This document shows, piece after piece, positions 10,989-21,357 of a DNA stretch of 34,111 nucleotides; position 1 is the first letter of the stretch, and every line of letters starts with the position of its first letter. The translations under genes and the position numbers were made by a program. The notes under the pieces are model-generated. The model was not told the DNA's origin. It ran no database searches and saw nothing but the letters and a program-made list of their open reading frames with translations. Source of the stretch: Chrysochromulina tobinii (Eukaryota); contig JWZX01003124.1 in assembly GCA_001275005.1 (NCBI GenBank), forward strand, positions 1 to 34,111, given 5' to 3'.

Positions 10989-12035
10989 ATGTCGAAAGTG
11001 GACGAGAAGGCAGCTCTTCGCTTTGTCGCCTTCCAGGCGAACCTCGCGTCCATGTGCTTTGCTTTTGGAGCGCTCCTATTCTCAGTTGGCCGCGGGCTTG
11101 AAAACGGACACGGCGGCATTGGCTTGAGCTTTGACTCCTACGCGGACTTAACGTGTCCGAACAACACGGTGGTTGTCGCCAGTAACGGCACGAACGGCAC
11201 GGTGGTGTACAATACGGTCAACCTTGGCGATCCTTCACTTACGGACTGCGGCTTCCAGTACCGCTTCGATGACTCGCGGCTCCGCGAAGTTTGGGAGCAG
11301 CGCCACAAAGCCAGCGGTAACCTGCTATGCGGCCAGGCCTTCGCGATCGCGGGCTGGTTCTTCAGCATCGCACCGGTGGCGGCCCTCGCCAAATTGCTCG
11401 ATCTTGGCCATGGCGACGCACAGGTCACCACGGGCAACTCCATCGTCTTCGCGTTCGTCTTCACGGCCGCGCTGACCGTGGTGGAATTCGTCTCTGAAAT
11501 TGGCACGTCGCAGGTGACGGAATGGATTACCAGCTCGTGGAGAGTGCTCAGCCCACCTGGTCCAGACGCTGACGCTGCCGGCGACTATGGCAGTGCTATG
11601 GACGAAGTCCAGTATGGTGGCATCACCGCGGCACAGAATCTCGAGATGACCTACATCGTCGTGCAGTCCCGTTCGCTCTGGCTGTTTGCCATGGATGACA
11701 TCTTCCTCTTGTTTGCGATGCTCATCGCGGCCTGGCTCGGTGTGGGCAGCACGACGGTCCCCAAGGACGTAGGCCGGTTTGGGCTGGTCGTGGCCTTCTT
11801 CTGCGTCCTTGACTTTTCCTTCGAGGTCACGCGCTTCGTCAACTGGCGTGGATCCACGAACAGTGTCATCATCACGTGCTTGATGCTCAACTTTTTCGCC
11901 CTTCCGTGGTGGCTCTTCAAGGTTGGCAATCTGCTCCGCAACATCGCCGAGGACGCGCCAGTCGCAGCGACGACCAGCATCCCAGTGGAGACAGTCGCGA
12001 AGGTGGAGAAGGTCGCGGAGGTGGAGATGCAATGA
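10989..12035 (+). CDS. Multi-pass membrane protein of unknown function (348 aa)
   Basis: Single long ORF with GC3-biased codons, about 6 hydrophobic segments, and NxT sequons in the first loop; divergent from the aquaporin gene. Confidence 0.8.
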   Translation: MSKVDEKAALRFVAFQANLASMCFAFGALLFSVGRGLENGHGGIGLSFDSYADLTCPNNTVVVASNGTNGTVVYNTVNLGDPSLTDCGFQYRFDDSRLREVWEQRHKASGNLLCGQAFAIAGWFFSIAPVAALAKLLDLGHGDAQVTTGNSIVFAFVFTAALTVVEFVSEIGTSQVTEWITSSWRVLSPPGPDADAAGDYGSAMDEVQYGGITAAQNLEMTYIVVQSRSLWLFAMDDIFLLFAMLIAAWLGVGSTTVPKDVGRFGLVVAFFCVLDFSFEVTRFVNWRGSTNSVIITCLMLNFFALPWWLFKVGNLLRNIAEDAPVAATTSIPVETVAKVEKVAEVEMQ

Positions 12036-12600
12036 GCACCCCTTCAGCGCGGTATGTGGGCGGAAGGCTGCCAGTTGTGCTTCCGCAGGTGGCATGTGTG
12101 CTTGCCGTGAGGGCACTTTGGACGGAACGGAACATGGACAGGTCACGTAGAAGGGCACTTTGCATATAACTGCGTTTGGAGCACACTCAGGGAGTAGGAA
12201 CCAGCACCTGGGAGCCGCGTGAGCATCTTCTTCTGTAGTCCGCTGTACGGGGGTCGGTGCGTGTCGGTCACGAGTCGCGCCCGGTGGCGAATTCGACCGG
12301 TCAATCAACCTGCGTGATGTTACGACGTGTGTTAGCGTGTGCCGCTGTCGTTGGTATACGACCGATCGCATCGTGCGGTCGGCGGACGGCGCCTGCGGAT
12401 CTATGAAACATCGCGATTAAATCGGTCCCGAAACGGAGTCGAGAAACGGTGACGCGCCGCGACGGGTGCGTCCGAGCTCGAGCGCCGAACCGTGCAAACT
12501 GCTAATCTGAATTCGGGGAATCTTTTCGTTTGCCCGCGCGGGAGCCATGGCGGGAGCGTACAGCGTTGCTTCGCCATGCGTACATGCGTTATGGCTGCTT

Positions 12601-13782
12601 CTACTCACTACTGCTTCGCACTGGCCACTGCAACACTCCGGGCACGGCATAGTTGGGGAAGAGTGTGGGGGCGAGCTGATGCAGCCGCGGTACGCCAGGC
12701 AGCACAGTCTGGAGCTGCGTGGGCAGCAGAAAGGACGCGTAGTGCACATCAGGGTTGTAGTACTTGGTCTGGATCCGCTTTCGCTCCCAGGCCTCCCAGT
12801 CCAGCTTCGTCTGGAAGGGGTGGATCTGGTCAGAGGCCATCATGAACGAGTAGTGTCCCGAGGCGTAGGTAGGCTGGTACACCTGGAAGACATAGGCATG
12901 ACGAAACAGCCGGCTCATTTGATCCGCGCCTGACGCCACGCGCACCTGCCCCCACTGCGGCGAATCCAGGTTGAAGGCGAGCACTCCACGCGGCGCGAGT
13001 AGCGCCTTGCAGTCGGCGTAGAAGTTGCCCGTGAAGAGCGGCTGGGCCGCGTTGAAGTCGGTGGAGTCGATCAGGATGGCATCGAAGGTGCCATTGTTGA
13101 CGCCTGTTATTGGATATCGCGCCTCCTGCACAAACGTGGCGGCGTTCTGAACGACCAGGCGCACGCGCGGGTCTTGGAGCGCGCGGGCTTGGCGTGGGAA
13201 GAAATCCTTGGCGAATTGGATCACCACCTCGTCGATCTCGACCCATACGACCTCGACGAGGTTAGGGTACTTCACGAGTTGCGTCACGGTGCCGCCGTCG
13301 CCGCCACCCACGACCAGCACCCGCCGCGCCTCGGGCAGGTACGCGAGCGTCGTGTGCACAAGGCTCTCGTGATAGTTGGACTCGTCGCGCTCGGTGATCA
13401 TGAGCGCACCATCAATGGTCAGGATCTTGCCGAAGAAAAACGTCTCGTACACCTGCACGAGCTGGTATGGCGTCTGCACCGTCTTGAGGAGCGCCGATAC
13501 GCGGTAGATGGCGGCGCTGCTCGTCACTTCGGAGTACTCAATGTACGGTGTGGCGGACGACGGGCTGCCGCCTACATGGTTGGGCACGCACAGGTGCATT
13601 GCCGGGCATCTGAAGGACATTTTCCGGTAGACGAGCACGTTGCTCAGCAGCGCGGCGACGGCCACGAGCCACGCGAGCCGTTTGCGCACGAAGGCGCACA
13701 GCGCGGAGCACGCCATGCGCACCCGCAGGAGCGCGGTCACGGACGGATTCGCCTCGGCCTTGGCCTCGCTGTCGCCGCCCAT
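12601..13782 (-). CDS. Spermidine synthase-like aminopropyltransferase with an N-terminal hydrophobic anchor (393 aa)
   Basis: QTPYQ, FGKILTIDG, ERDESNYHE, VLVVGGGDGG, VEID, IDSTD, PTY and YYNPDVH motifs; intronless. Confidence 0.93.
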   Translation of the reverse strand: MGGDSEAKAEANPSVTALLRVRMACSALCAFVRKRLAWLVAVAALLSNVLVYRKMSFRCPAMHLCVPNHVGGSPSSATPYIEYSEVTSSAAIYRVSALLKTVQTPYQLVQVYETFFFGKILTIDGALMITERDESNYHESLVHTTLAYLPEARRVLVVGGGDGGTVTQLVKYPNLVEVVWVEIDEVVIQFAKDFFPRQARALQDPRVRLVVQNAATFVQEARYPITGVNNGTFDAILIDSTDFNAAQPLFTGNFYADCKALLAPRGVLAFNLDSPQWGQVRVASGADQMSRLFRHAYVFQVYQPTYASGHYSFMMASDQIHPFQTKLDWEAWERKRIQTKYYNPDVHYASFLLPTQLQTVLPGVPRLHQLAPTLFPNYAVPGVLQWPVRSSSE

Positions 13783-14167
13783 CGGGGTCTTCGTGTGAAT
13801 GCGAATACCCGGTACCGGTACGGTTACGTTTGATATCTTCGCACGTCTCTATGTTGCACCCGGGCGGTACCGGCAGCGCCATGCCACCGGCATCACTGCA
13901 TGTTCATTAAAACACATAAACTGGTGGTCTTGTGGAGGAGCGACGGTGGTGCTGTCCGGACAGCTGGGTCCGGACGTGATGATGACGTTGGCTATTGGCA
14001 CCTGGCGCGCGCCGGTGATGATGATGGTGATCATCGGAGAGGTTGGTGGCGGTAATCGACGGTTTTAGGGAGGTGGCTGCTCGCGCCGTCGCGCCGTCGC
14101 GCGCGCGCCGTCGGCCGGCGGGGACCCGCGGACCCGCGCCGCCCGACGTCTCAGATGGTCCCTCGTC

Positions 14168-15143
14168 TCAACGGAACTCGAGCTTCGGCAGCACCTCTGT
14201 TTCGTCGAGACCATGGCGCCGTGCGTAGACTGCGAGATTGTCGAAGAACTCAGCGCACGACTTGAGAGCGAGGTTCGCCGCCTTGAGGTCGTTGTCATCC
14301 TGTATCAACAACAACGCCTCAGCAAAGGGCCATCAGAGGTTCATCAGAAGTGCATCGGAGGTCTATCAGAGGTGCATCACAGGTGCCTTCACAGGTGCCT
14401 TCACACACAGGTGCCTTCACACCTGGACCTTGATCCGCACGAGCTTGCGCAGTGCGTCGGCTCCCATGGCCAATTCCGCCCACTCCGCATCGCCGACCCC
14501 GCACGCTACGGACGCCGCCGTCGACTCGGCACGCCCGTCGGCGAAGGCGAGGAGCGCCTGGAAGATGGTACCCTTGAGCTGATGACTGCTCGCCGCCTGC
14601 GCCGCCACGCCCTCGTCAAAGCGCAGCGACGCCAGCACGCGACGGCGCGCCTCGGAGAGCGCATCTGGGGTGCGCAGCTGCACGCGCAGCAAGCACTCCA
14701 CCTCGACCCATCGCGACTGCATCATCGCCATGAGCTCCTCATCGCCCACATTGTCGGCGGGCGGCGGCGCCTCCTCCTCATCGCCGCGCCCGTCTTCATC
14801 GAAGGTGAAGGCGCTGCGCAGGGAGCCGTCCCGGCCTGGGCTCATGCCGCTGTGGCTGCGCCACGTCTTGCGCATCCTATCCGCCGCCGTGCGATAGGAT
14901 TCTGCTAAGTGCTTGGGCACCCATCCGTCGCCATCCTTCGCCGCAAAATCTTTCAGAGCGGCGCGCCGCTTCTCGTAGTCGCGTGAGATCTCGATAAACC
15001 TGTGGCCGGTGGAGGAAGGCGTGCGGCGGTCGGCTGTGTATCACGTGTTCAAGGCACGCGTGAGAGCGGACTCACCAAGCCTCTCCTCCCTTTTTCGTCA
15101 CTGAGCCCGGAGGCTTGGGCTCACTGGCCGAATCGTCAGCCAT
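14168..15143 (-). CDS. Hypothetical protein (258 aa, 3 exons)
   Basis: Exons 15143-15076, 14999-14423, 14299-14168. Introns GTGAGT...CCACAG (phase 2) and GTGTGA...ATACAG (phase 0) give one continuous frame MADDSASEPK...EVLPKLEFR. Confidence 0.75.
14300..14422 (-). repeat. Intron built from degenerate 10-12 nt repeats
   Basis: Plus strand catcagaggt / cacaggtgcctt arrays. Confidence 0.8.
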
Positions 15144-15363
15144 TTTCTCTCGGAGCTGCGCCGCAGCTCAGGAGGCCGCAGCTCGCGGAACGCGCGCTCC
15201 TTGAGCAGCCCGGGGTGTTCTTCTCGAGTTCCAAGGGAATCCTTGCATGTTTGTTGTGAACAGGTTGCTGTACACGTACTCTCGTGTGTTTCCAAGATTC
15301 CAATCGAGCCTTTGAACAGACACAGCTCTGGTCCTTGTGACGACGCGCCGTGAATAGACGGCG

Positions 15364-15672
15364 ATGTCAGACGAACGGCTCTCAAGGCCTGCTGCCGAGA
15401 GAGAGCCACGACGATGGCAGCCACCTGCCAGCGTGCGGCACACGAACGTGTATCCACTCACGCAGCCGACACCATCGAAATTCGAGCTCCAGATGCAGCA
15501 GCGGAGGGAGGCGGCGGCGGCGGCGGCCAAGAAGACCGAGCTCCAGGAGTTTGAAGAGTGGTGCTCTGCGGAGGAGGCGCAGCTGGCTCGCTTGACGGCT
15601 CAACTCGACACGGTGCAGCAGTCGCCTCGTCGATCAGCTCTCGCCAAACAGTCTCTTGGGGCGACCTTTTAG
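15364..15672 (+). CDS. Small hypothetical coiled-coil protein (102 aa)
   Basis: ATG-started ORF with protein-like composition, lying between two minus-strand genes and divergent from the 15143 start. Confidence 0.5.
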   Translation: MSDERLSRPAAEREPRRWQPPASVRHTNVYPLTQPTPSKFELQMQQRREAAAAAAKKTELQEFEEWCSAEEAQLARLTAQLDTVQQSPRRSALAKQSLGATF

Positions 15673-15821
15673 CGTAGATGATGTCTTTTGGAACGTTGGA
15701 TGTGGTCACATCGGTAGACAGTATGATAAAATCGCACGCTCAAAACGAAAAACGCAGCTTCGAGCTACCAACTTCACAGCAGCACATGCGGCATCTCGCT
15801 CGGCTGCTCATGGACGTGGCT

Positions 15822-17983
15822 TCACTCAGCCTCGCCGTCGCCCAAGCTGACCTCAGCCTCGCCGTCGCCCAAGCTGACGCTCGGCGGTGTGCTCGGTGTC
15901 TTCGCCGCTGCGAGCGCCTCCTTTGCCACCTCTGTGTTGTCGCGCGACGTGAGCTGCTGCTCACTCCCCAAGGCACCGGTGCCATCTCGGTGCAATCTCG
16001 GTGCCATCTCGCTCCCCAAGGCACCCGGGGAGCGCAGCACGACGTGGCCCTCGGAAAAGGCCAGCGACGTCTCAGCGTGCTGCCAGTTGGGCGGAGCCGA
16101 CGTTGCCTCGCGCGCCGTCGTCGCCGTCGCCGTCGCCGCCGCTGAAGCCCCTGCCGCGCCGCGCCATCCGCCCAAGACGTCGCCGGCGCCGCGACTTGCC
16201 CCGACGCTGCCGCCGCACGAGTAGCTCGTGGCGCCCAAGGCGGCGCTCGCCGCATGAGCGTACGCGCTCGCCACGGCGCTTGGCGTGGAGGTCCTTCCAA
16301 ACGAGGCAGGCGGATTGCCTAATATGCTCGCGGAGTGCCCAAAGGGGCTGCTCGCGAAGCTTGCGGTGCTGCGCGGCGCCGTGACGGGCATCCCCAGACC
16401 CGCGCCCAACGCGGCGCGCGCGCCCGCCGCGCTCGGATACGCGCTCGGCGCCGTGTTGGGCGCGTCCCGCGCCGTGCTGGGCGACTCCCACGCGCGCAGG
16501 GGCGAGGTGCGTAGGTCGCCGAGGGCCCATTGGAGCTCGCGCTTCTCTGCGTGCAGCGCATTGAGCGCGCGCGCGGCGCGGCTCCGTTCACGCAACGCCT
16601 CGTCGCGCTGGCGCACCTGATGAAGGAGGCAATTCGAGGCACTCAGCGGCACTCAGCGGCAATCATGAGCCATCATGAGTGGTCCTCGTCAAACGCACCA
16701 GCGGCTGCCAGCGCTCCTCGGCCACCGCGGCGCGGACTTGCTCTTCAAGGAGCTTCTCCTCCGACCGCCGCATCAAGAGCTCTATCCGCAACCGTTCGGC
16801 ACGCTCGAGCTCGAACCGCTCCGCCGTCGCGCGCCGCTGCTGCTCGAGCTCCTTGGCCTGCAGCTCCGCGTACTCGCATCGGGTGCGCAGCTCGCCTGTC
16901 TCCGAGCGGAGCCGCTCGGCTGCATAACGCGCCGCCTCGAGCGCCGCCACGCCTTCCGCCTCAAGCGCCGCCACACGCACCTGCAGCAGCGCGACCGTCT
17001 CCTGCGCCAAGCTGCGCGCCTTGGCCATCTCCGCGGCGCGCGCGTCCGCCGCCTCGGCGCGCAGTCTCGTCCGATCTCGTTCCTCGGCCACGTGGCCGAT
17101 GGAGCTCCTCGGACCGTTTGACGGATTCGACGAGACCCTTGGCCTCAGAGGCGGTGGCTGCGAGTCGCTCGCTGAGCGCCGCGCGCTCGCGCTGCGCGGC
17201 CTCGCGCTCGCGCTGCGCGGCCTCGCGCTCGGACTCCATCTCGCGCTGCCGAGCCTCGGCGGCGGCCGCGCGCTCGCGTTCTCGCGCGAGCTCGTCCCGG
17301 AGCTCGCGCTGCATCGCGAGGCTCGAGGCTTCGAGGCGCCGCGCCTCGTTCTGTGACGAGTGGAGCATCTCGGTGGCTCGAATGAGGGCCTCGCTCGAGC
17401 GACGCGCCTCGGCCTCGGCCACCTTGGACTGCTCGCGGATCGAGCGCATCTCCGCCTCCGCGGCCGCGCGCGCCTCGTTGGCGGCGTTCGCACGCTCCTT
17501 GGCGGCCGCCGCCTCGGCGGATGCCCGGTCGCGCTCCTCGCACCGGAGCTGCTCCTGCCGCGCCGCAACCTCGCGCACCTGCGCCAGCTCGACGCGTACA
17601 GCGGCCAGCAGCTCCTCGCGCTCGCGTACGTCGCTCTGCAGCTGACGGCTCAAGGCATTCTCTTCGTCGATGCGCGAGAAGAGCCGGCTCTTCTCCGCGT
17701 GCAGCGACTGCAGCTCCCTGCGCTCAATCAGCACGCGAGGCGCGCTCTCATTCGGGTCGTGCTTTCGCGTGGCGGCCTTCACCACCGCGGCCAAGCTAGG
17801 CTTAGGCTTCGCCACGGCGGTGGCCGTCGGCTTGGACGCCGTCGGGCTGCTCTGGGCCGCCGCCGGAGGCGAAGACTTGCCGTCCTGGACCGCTGGTGGC
17901 GAAGTCAGAATGGCAGGCTTCGCCGCTGCTGTGGCCTTCGAATTTGCAGGCTTCGTCGCTGCTGTGGCCTTCTTGCTCGACAT
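15822..17983 (-). CDS. Coiled-coil protein of unknown function (~690 aa, 2 exons, one apparent frameshift)
   Basis: Exons 17983-16699 and 16616-15822; intron GTGCGT...CATCAG, phase 0. Removing one base at 17101-17102 gives SEELIGHVAEERDR and a continuous E/R/A-rich coiled coil. Confidence 0.72.
15825..15878 (-). repeat. Perfect 27-nt tandem duplication just before the stop codon (VSLGDGEAE x2)
   Basis: ctcagcctcgccgtcgcccaagctgac at 15825 and 15852. Confidence 0.92.
16617..16698 (-). repeat. Intron built from decamer repeats (TGAGTGCCGC-type), ending CCTCCTTCATCAG
   Basis: Plus strand ggcactcagc x2 plus variants. Confidence 0.85.
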
Positions 17984-18285
17984 TTACAAGCAAATAGTGC
18001 CTCCGCTTGGGCGGCGGCCAGACTCGCGAGTGTGAAAGCGGCTATTGATTGCTGGCCACCTGCTGACGCTCGCCATTGCTTTCGTGTGAATTGGCTGTGA
18101 ATACTCGGACGTGCGAAACCCGGTTTCGATTGAAAGCAGTAATCATTCGCAATCGCTCCTCGGTACGACACACACCGTCCGTATTAAATAGTAGGCGCTC
18201 ACTGAATAATCTCGTCCCTGAGTGACACGGAAAAGATGTGGTCCACACTCCCCCGCGTCGTCTCTGTGAGGAACCAATCGCATGG

Positions 18286-19206
18286 CTACTTGCTGATGGG
18301 CAGGCCGTACTGCCGTTGCAGCTCGAGGGTGAGCTTCATTTGATCCTCGACCCATTCCTGCTTGGCCGTCCGCCGGCCATCCGAATCCTCCATCCACGGA
18401 ACGTTCTGCTCATACTCGGGTTCCGCAGGCGGCTTGGTCACACGCTTGGCGACCGCGCGCTTCCTATTGGTCGAGGGGGCGGCGGCGGAGGATGAGGCGG
18501 CGGCGGCGTCAAGCGCATCGCCCGCCGCGCTCCTCACACCCTCATCGCCCGCCTCGGCAGCCCCGTGCCGCCGGTAGGAGTATCGCGGAGTCTCTGCGTC
18601 CCAAGCATCTCGCAGGCTCGTCCCGAAGACGTCGTCGAGCAGCTCGCGCGCACTCGCACGCTCAGAGATCTCGTCGCTGCCTTGTTCGCTGTCGGCCACT
18701 GACAGCTGCTCAGCAACAAGGGAATGCAGTGCCTCCGAGCGCTCCAACCGCCTGCGCGCCAAGCGCGCCGCCAACGATGTCGCGCCTGAAGGAACGGGCG
18801 CGCCCGTTGCCTCGGGCTCGCTCGTAGAGGGGGACAGAGGTCTGTCCTCGTCGCTCGCAATGATGTGCAGCACCGCTGTGCCTGACTGCCTATCGGTGAG
18901 ACCCCCCTTCCTTGGCGATCCCGATCGTTTACCCTTGGGGGACTTGGGGCGCTTGGGAGTCTTGGGGGATTTTGGGGACTTCTTCAGCTTGGGCTCACTC
19001 GCTGTCGGCGAGGATAAGGCCGTTCCCGACGGGCGTGTCAGGACGCCGAAGCGCTTGTGTCCCATGTCAAAAAACGAAAGCCTGAGGCTCGCGGGTCGCA
19101 CCGCGCGCGGTTTGGCCCCAAAAGTCGTGAAGTTCAGAGTTTGTCGTTCATATGGTAGAGTTGTTTGCGAAACCGTCTGTAGATCGGCGACTGCTGACGA
19201 AGACAT
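18286..19206 (-). CDS. Hypothetical, largely disordered protein with basic KSPK repeats (~306 aa)
   Basis: Long ORF; ATG at 19206 (MSSSAVADL) chosen because upstream starts overlap the divergent gene at 19344. Confidence 0.65.
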   Translation of the reverse strand: MSSSAVADLQTVSQTTLPYERQTLNFTTFGAKPRAVRPASLRLSFFDMGHKRFGVLTRPSGTALSSPTASEPKLKKSPKSPKTPKRPKSPKGKRSGSPRKGGLTDRQSGTAVLHIIASDEDRPLSPSTSEPEATGAPVPSGATSLAARLARRRLERSEALHSLVAEQLSVADSEQGSDEISERASARELLDDVFGTSLRDAWDAETPRYSYRRHGAAEAGDEGVRSAAGDALDAAAASSSAAAPSTNRKRAVAKRVTKPPAEPEYEQNVPWMEDSDGRRTAKQEWVEDQMKLTLELQRQYGLPISK

Positions 19207-19343
19207 TGCACGGAAAGGGGGTCTTCCACGTGCGGCACAAGCGTCCGGAGACGATCTCGAGCATCTCCGACGAAACTTGAAATCGGCTGGAGTGGCGGGC
19301 GGCGTCGTGGGTTCGTTCGGCGCTTGGCGAAGGATAGGCGAGC

Positions 19344-21221
19344 ATGGCGAGGGGCACGCTTTGGCGCAAACTCCTTCTACTGTGCTCCGTCGCCGGCACG
19401 GCGGCCCATGACCCACGGATGCGTCACTTCCATCGGGGGAAGCTGCCGCCGTACGAGATTGGCCCACCCTCGATCTTGCTATCGCACGGCGACGAGCAGC
19501 GGCTGCTTGCGGGTGAGGCGCTCATGCAAGCGATCGTGCAGGAGGATGGCGTCGCGCGCCGGCTGATCATGGTTAAGGACGTGCGCGCGCCTCCCAGCGT
19601 GATTACGCGCAAGATCTTGGACATCGACGCGTACCCGGCGATGGTCAAGGGCGTTGACAGCACGGCGACCTACTCAATGTCTGAGGACGCGAGCACGGGC
19701 CTGCGCACGATCAAGACGCGTTATGACATCTCGGCGCTGCACGTGAAGTTTACGTACTACCTCGAGCACATATACTCGCCCGCGGATCGCTGCATGACCT
19801 TCCGCCTCGACTACGACCGGCGCTCGGACTTGGATGACACGGTCGGCTACTGGTACGTTCAGCCGCGCGGCCCGGAGGAGTGCCGCGTGTACTACTCGTG
19901 CGTGACTCAACTCCGAGGGTGGGTACCCGGTCCGGTGTACTCGCTCATCACCAAGGCAGCGCTCAAGCAGACCACCTCGTGGCTCGATGTGGAGGCGGTG
20001 CGCGCCTGGACTGCTGAAAAGTCGAGGATGGAGAAGGCGAGTGGTCTTGAGAAGCTGCGGCAGCAGATGCGACAGCGGTTGCTCGAGCAGCAGGAGAGGC
20101 TGCGCGGACGCACGGGCGAGCTGCGCTGGCCTCCCCGTGCGCCGCTCGAGCTGCCGAGCTGGCTCTCGCCGCAAGCGCCGCGCGCGCCGCCGCACGACGA
20201 AGGCGCCACGCCGTTAGGGCCGTTGGGGCGGCCGTTAGGGCGGCCGTTAGCGCCGCCGCCAGACGAAGGCGCCACGCCTAACGGCCCTGACGGCCGCCCT
20301 AAGGGCCCTAACGGCCCAGGCGCCGCGCCTCACGGCCCTCACGGCCAAGGCGCCTCGCCTCATGGGCCCCGCGGAGCCGCGTTTAACGGCCCAGGCGACG
20401 AGCTGATGCCGCCGAGCGAGGCAGAGATGGAGGCGCCTCGGCCGCCACAGGCCGCTCCCGAGCTGGCGCCCGCGACGGCGCTGGCGGGGCAACCGCCCCA
20501 GCCCAGCGCGCGCTCGAGCTTGGTCCGAGGTTGGAATCTCCGAGATAGTATCCGAGATCACATCCGAGATCTCCGCGCACACAGCAGTCGCCGATGGCGA
20601 CCCGCGACGGCGCCCATCACGGCGCTCGCCCCTCCCGAGGGCGCACCGCCTACGGCGCCGACAGACGCCGCCGATGAGACGCCCAACGGCCCGCCGCCGC
20701 TGCCGCCGCCGCCCGCCGAGCCGCCGCAGCCACAACGGCTCTCGAAGCCAGACTGGCGCCTCCGCGTGCCGCGCGTGTTTCGAGGTCGAACACCAGAGGA
20801 AGGCGAAGACGTACCCTCGCCCAAGCGAAAGGAGGAAGGCGAAGACGTACCCTCGCCCAAGCGAAAGGGCGTTATGGGCAAACGGCACCAACAACCTTCG
20901 CGACGCCGTGACGGGCGCGATGACTGGGTCGGCGGATGGGAAGAAGTGCGCGTAGCGAGCCACACGCGCCGTGACGGGCGCGATGCCTGGGGCGGCGGAG
21001 GGGAAGGAGTGCGCGTAGCGAGCCACACGCGCAGCAGCAGCAGCAGCAGCGGCAGCCACGGCTGTGGGCGCCGTGATGGGCCCAGCTTCCGAAAGGGCCA
21101 GCCAGCCTGCATCCGCGCGCCGGCGACGTTGCCTAAGCCCTGGCCGCCGCTCAGCCCGCTCGGGTGCGGCGCGAAGCGGGCGGCCGCCGCCTCGCCGGCT
21201 GATAGACATCAAGGAGGGTAG
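19344..21221 (+). CDS. Signal-peptide-bearing START/SRPBCC (polyketide cyclase-like) domain protein with a long Pro-rich tail
   Basis: Hydrophobic N-terminus, then VRAPPSVITRKILDIDAYPAMVKGV...MTFRLDYDRRSDLDDTVGYWYV...CRVYY...ALKQTTSWL. The C-terminal ~380 aa are low complexity and less certain. Confidence 0.75.
   Translation: MARGTLWRKLLLLCSVAGTAAHDPRMRHFHRGKLPPYEIGPPSILLSHGDEQRLLAGEALMQAIVQEDGVARRLIMVKDVRAPPSVITRKILDIDAYPAMVKGVDSTATYSMSEDASTGLRTIKTRYDISALHVKFTYYLEHIYSPADRCMTFRLDYDRRSDLDDTVGYWYVQPRGPEECRVYYSCVTQLRGWVPGPVYSLITKAALKQTTSWLDVEAVRAWTAEKSRMEKASGLEKLRQQMRQRLLEQQERLRGRTGELRWPPRAPLELPSWLSPQAPRAPPHDEGATPLGPLGRPLGRPLAPPPDEGATPNGPDGRPKGPNGPGAAPHGPHGQGASPHGPRGAAFNGPGDELMPPSEAEMEAPRPPQAAPELAPATALAGQPPQPSARSSLVRGWNLRDSIRDHIRDLRAHSSRRWRPATAPITALAPPEGAPPTAPTDAADETPNGPPPLPPPPAEPPQPQRLSKPDWRLRVPRVFRGRTPEEGEDVPSPKRKEEGEDVPSPKRKGVMGKRHQQPSRRRDGRDDWVGGWEEVRVASHTRRDGRDAWGGGGEGVRVASHTRSSSSSSGSHGCGRRDGPSFRKGQPACIRAPATLPKPWPPLSPLGCGAKRAAAASPADRHQGG
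20796..20867 (+). repeat. 36-nt coding tandem duplication (EEGEDVPSPKRK x2)
   Basis: gaggaaggcgaagacgtaccctcgcccaagcgaaag twice; a second ~63-nt duplication follows at about 20904-21032. Confidence 0.9.
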
Positions 21222-21357
21222 CCAAATCGAAACGTCACCCCCGCCCTCTTGATACGTATTTAATCGTCATAAAATTCATTTAAGGGTTGAAGGGCGTACT
21301 ACGGTAGACTACCCGACGTCGATAGACGATACTCTTAGACTGTCTCTAGGTAACGCT

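Noticed and set aside
9846..13782. Aquaporin + membrane protein + spermidine synthase as a functional gene cluster
   Set aside because: Adjacency alone in a compact eukaryotic genome; no pathway link can be supported from the sequence.
7908..17102. Euplotes-style programmed +1 frameshifting
   Set aside because: No shared slippery motif, and at 17101 the zero-frame stop is about 140 nt away; indel error is simpler.
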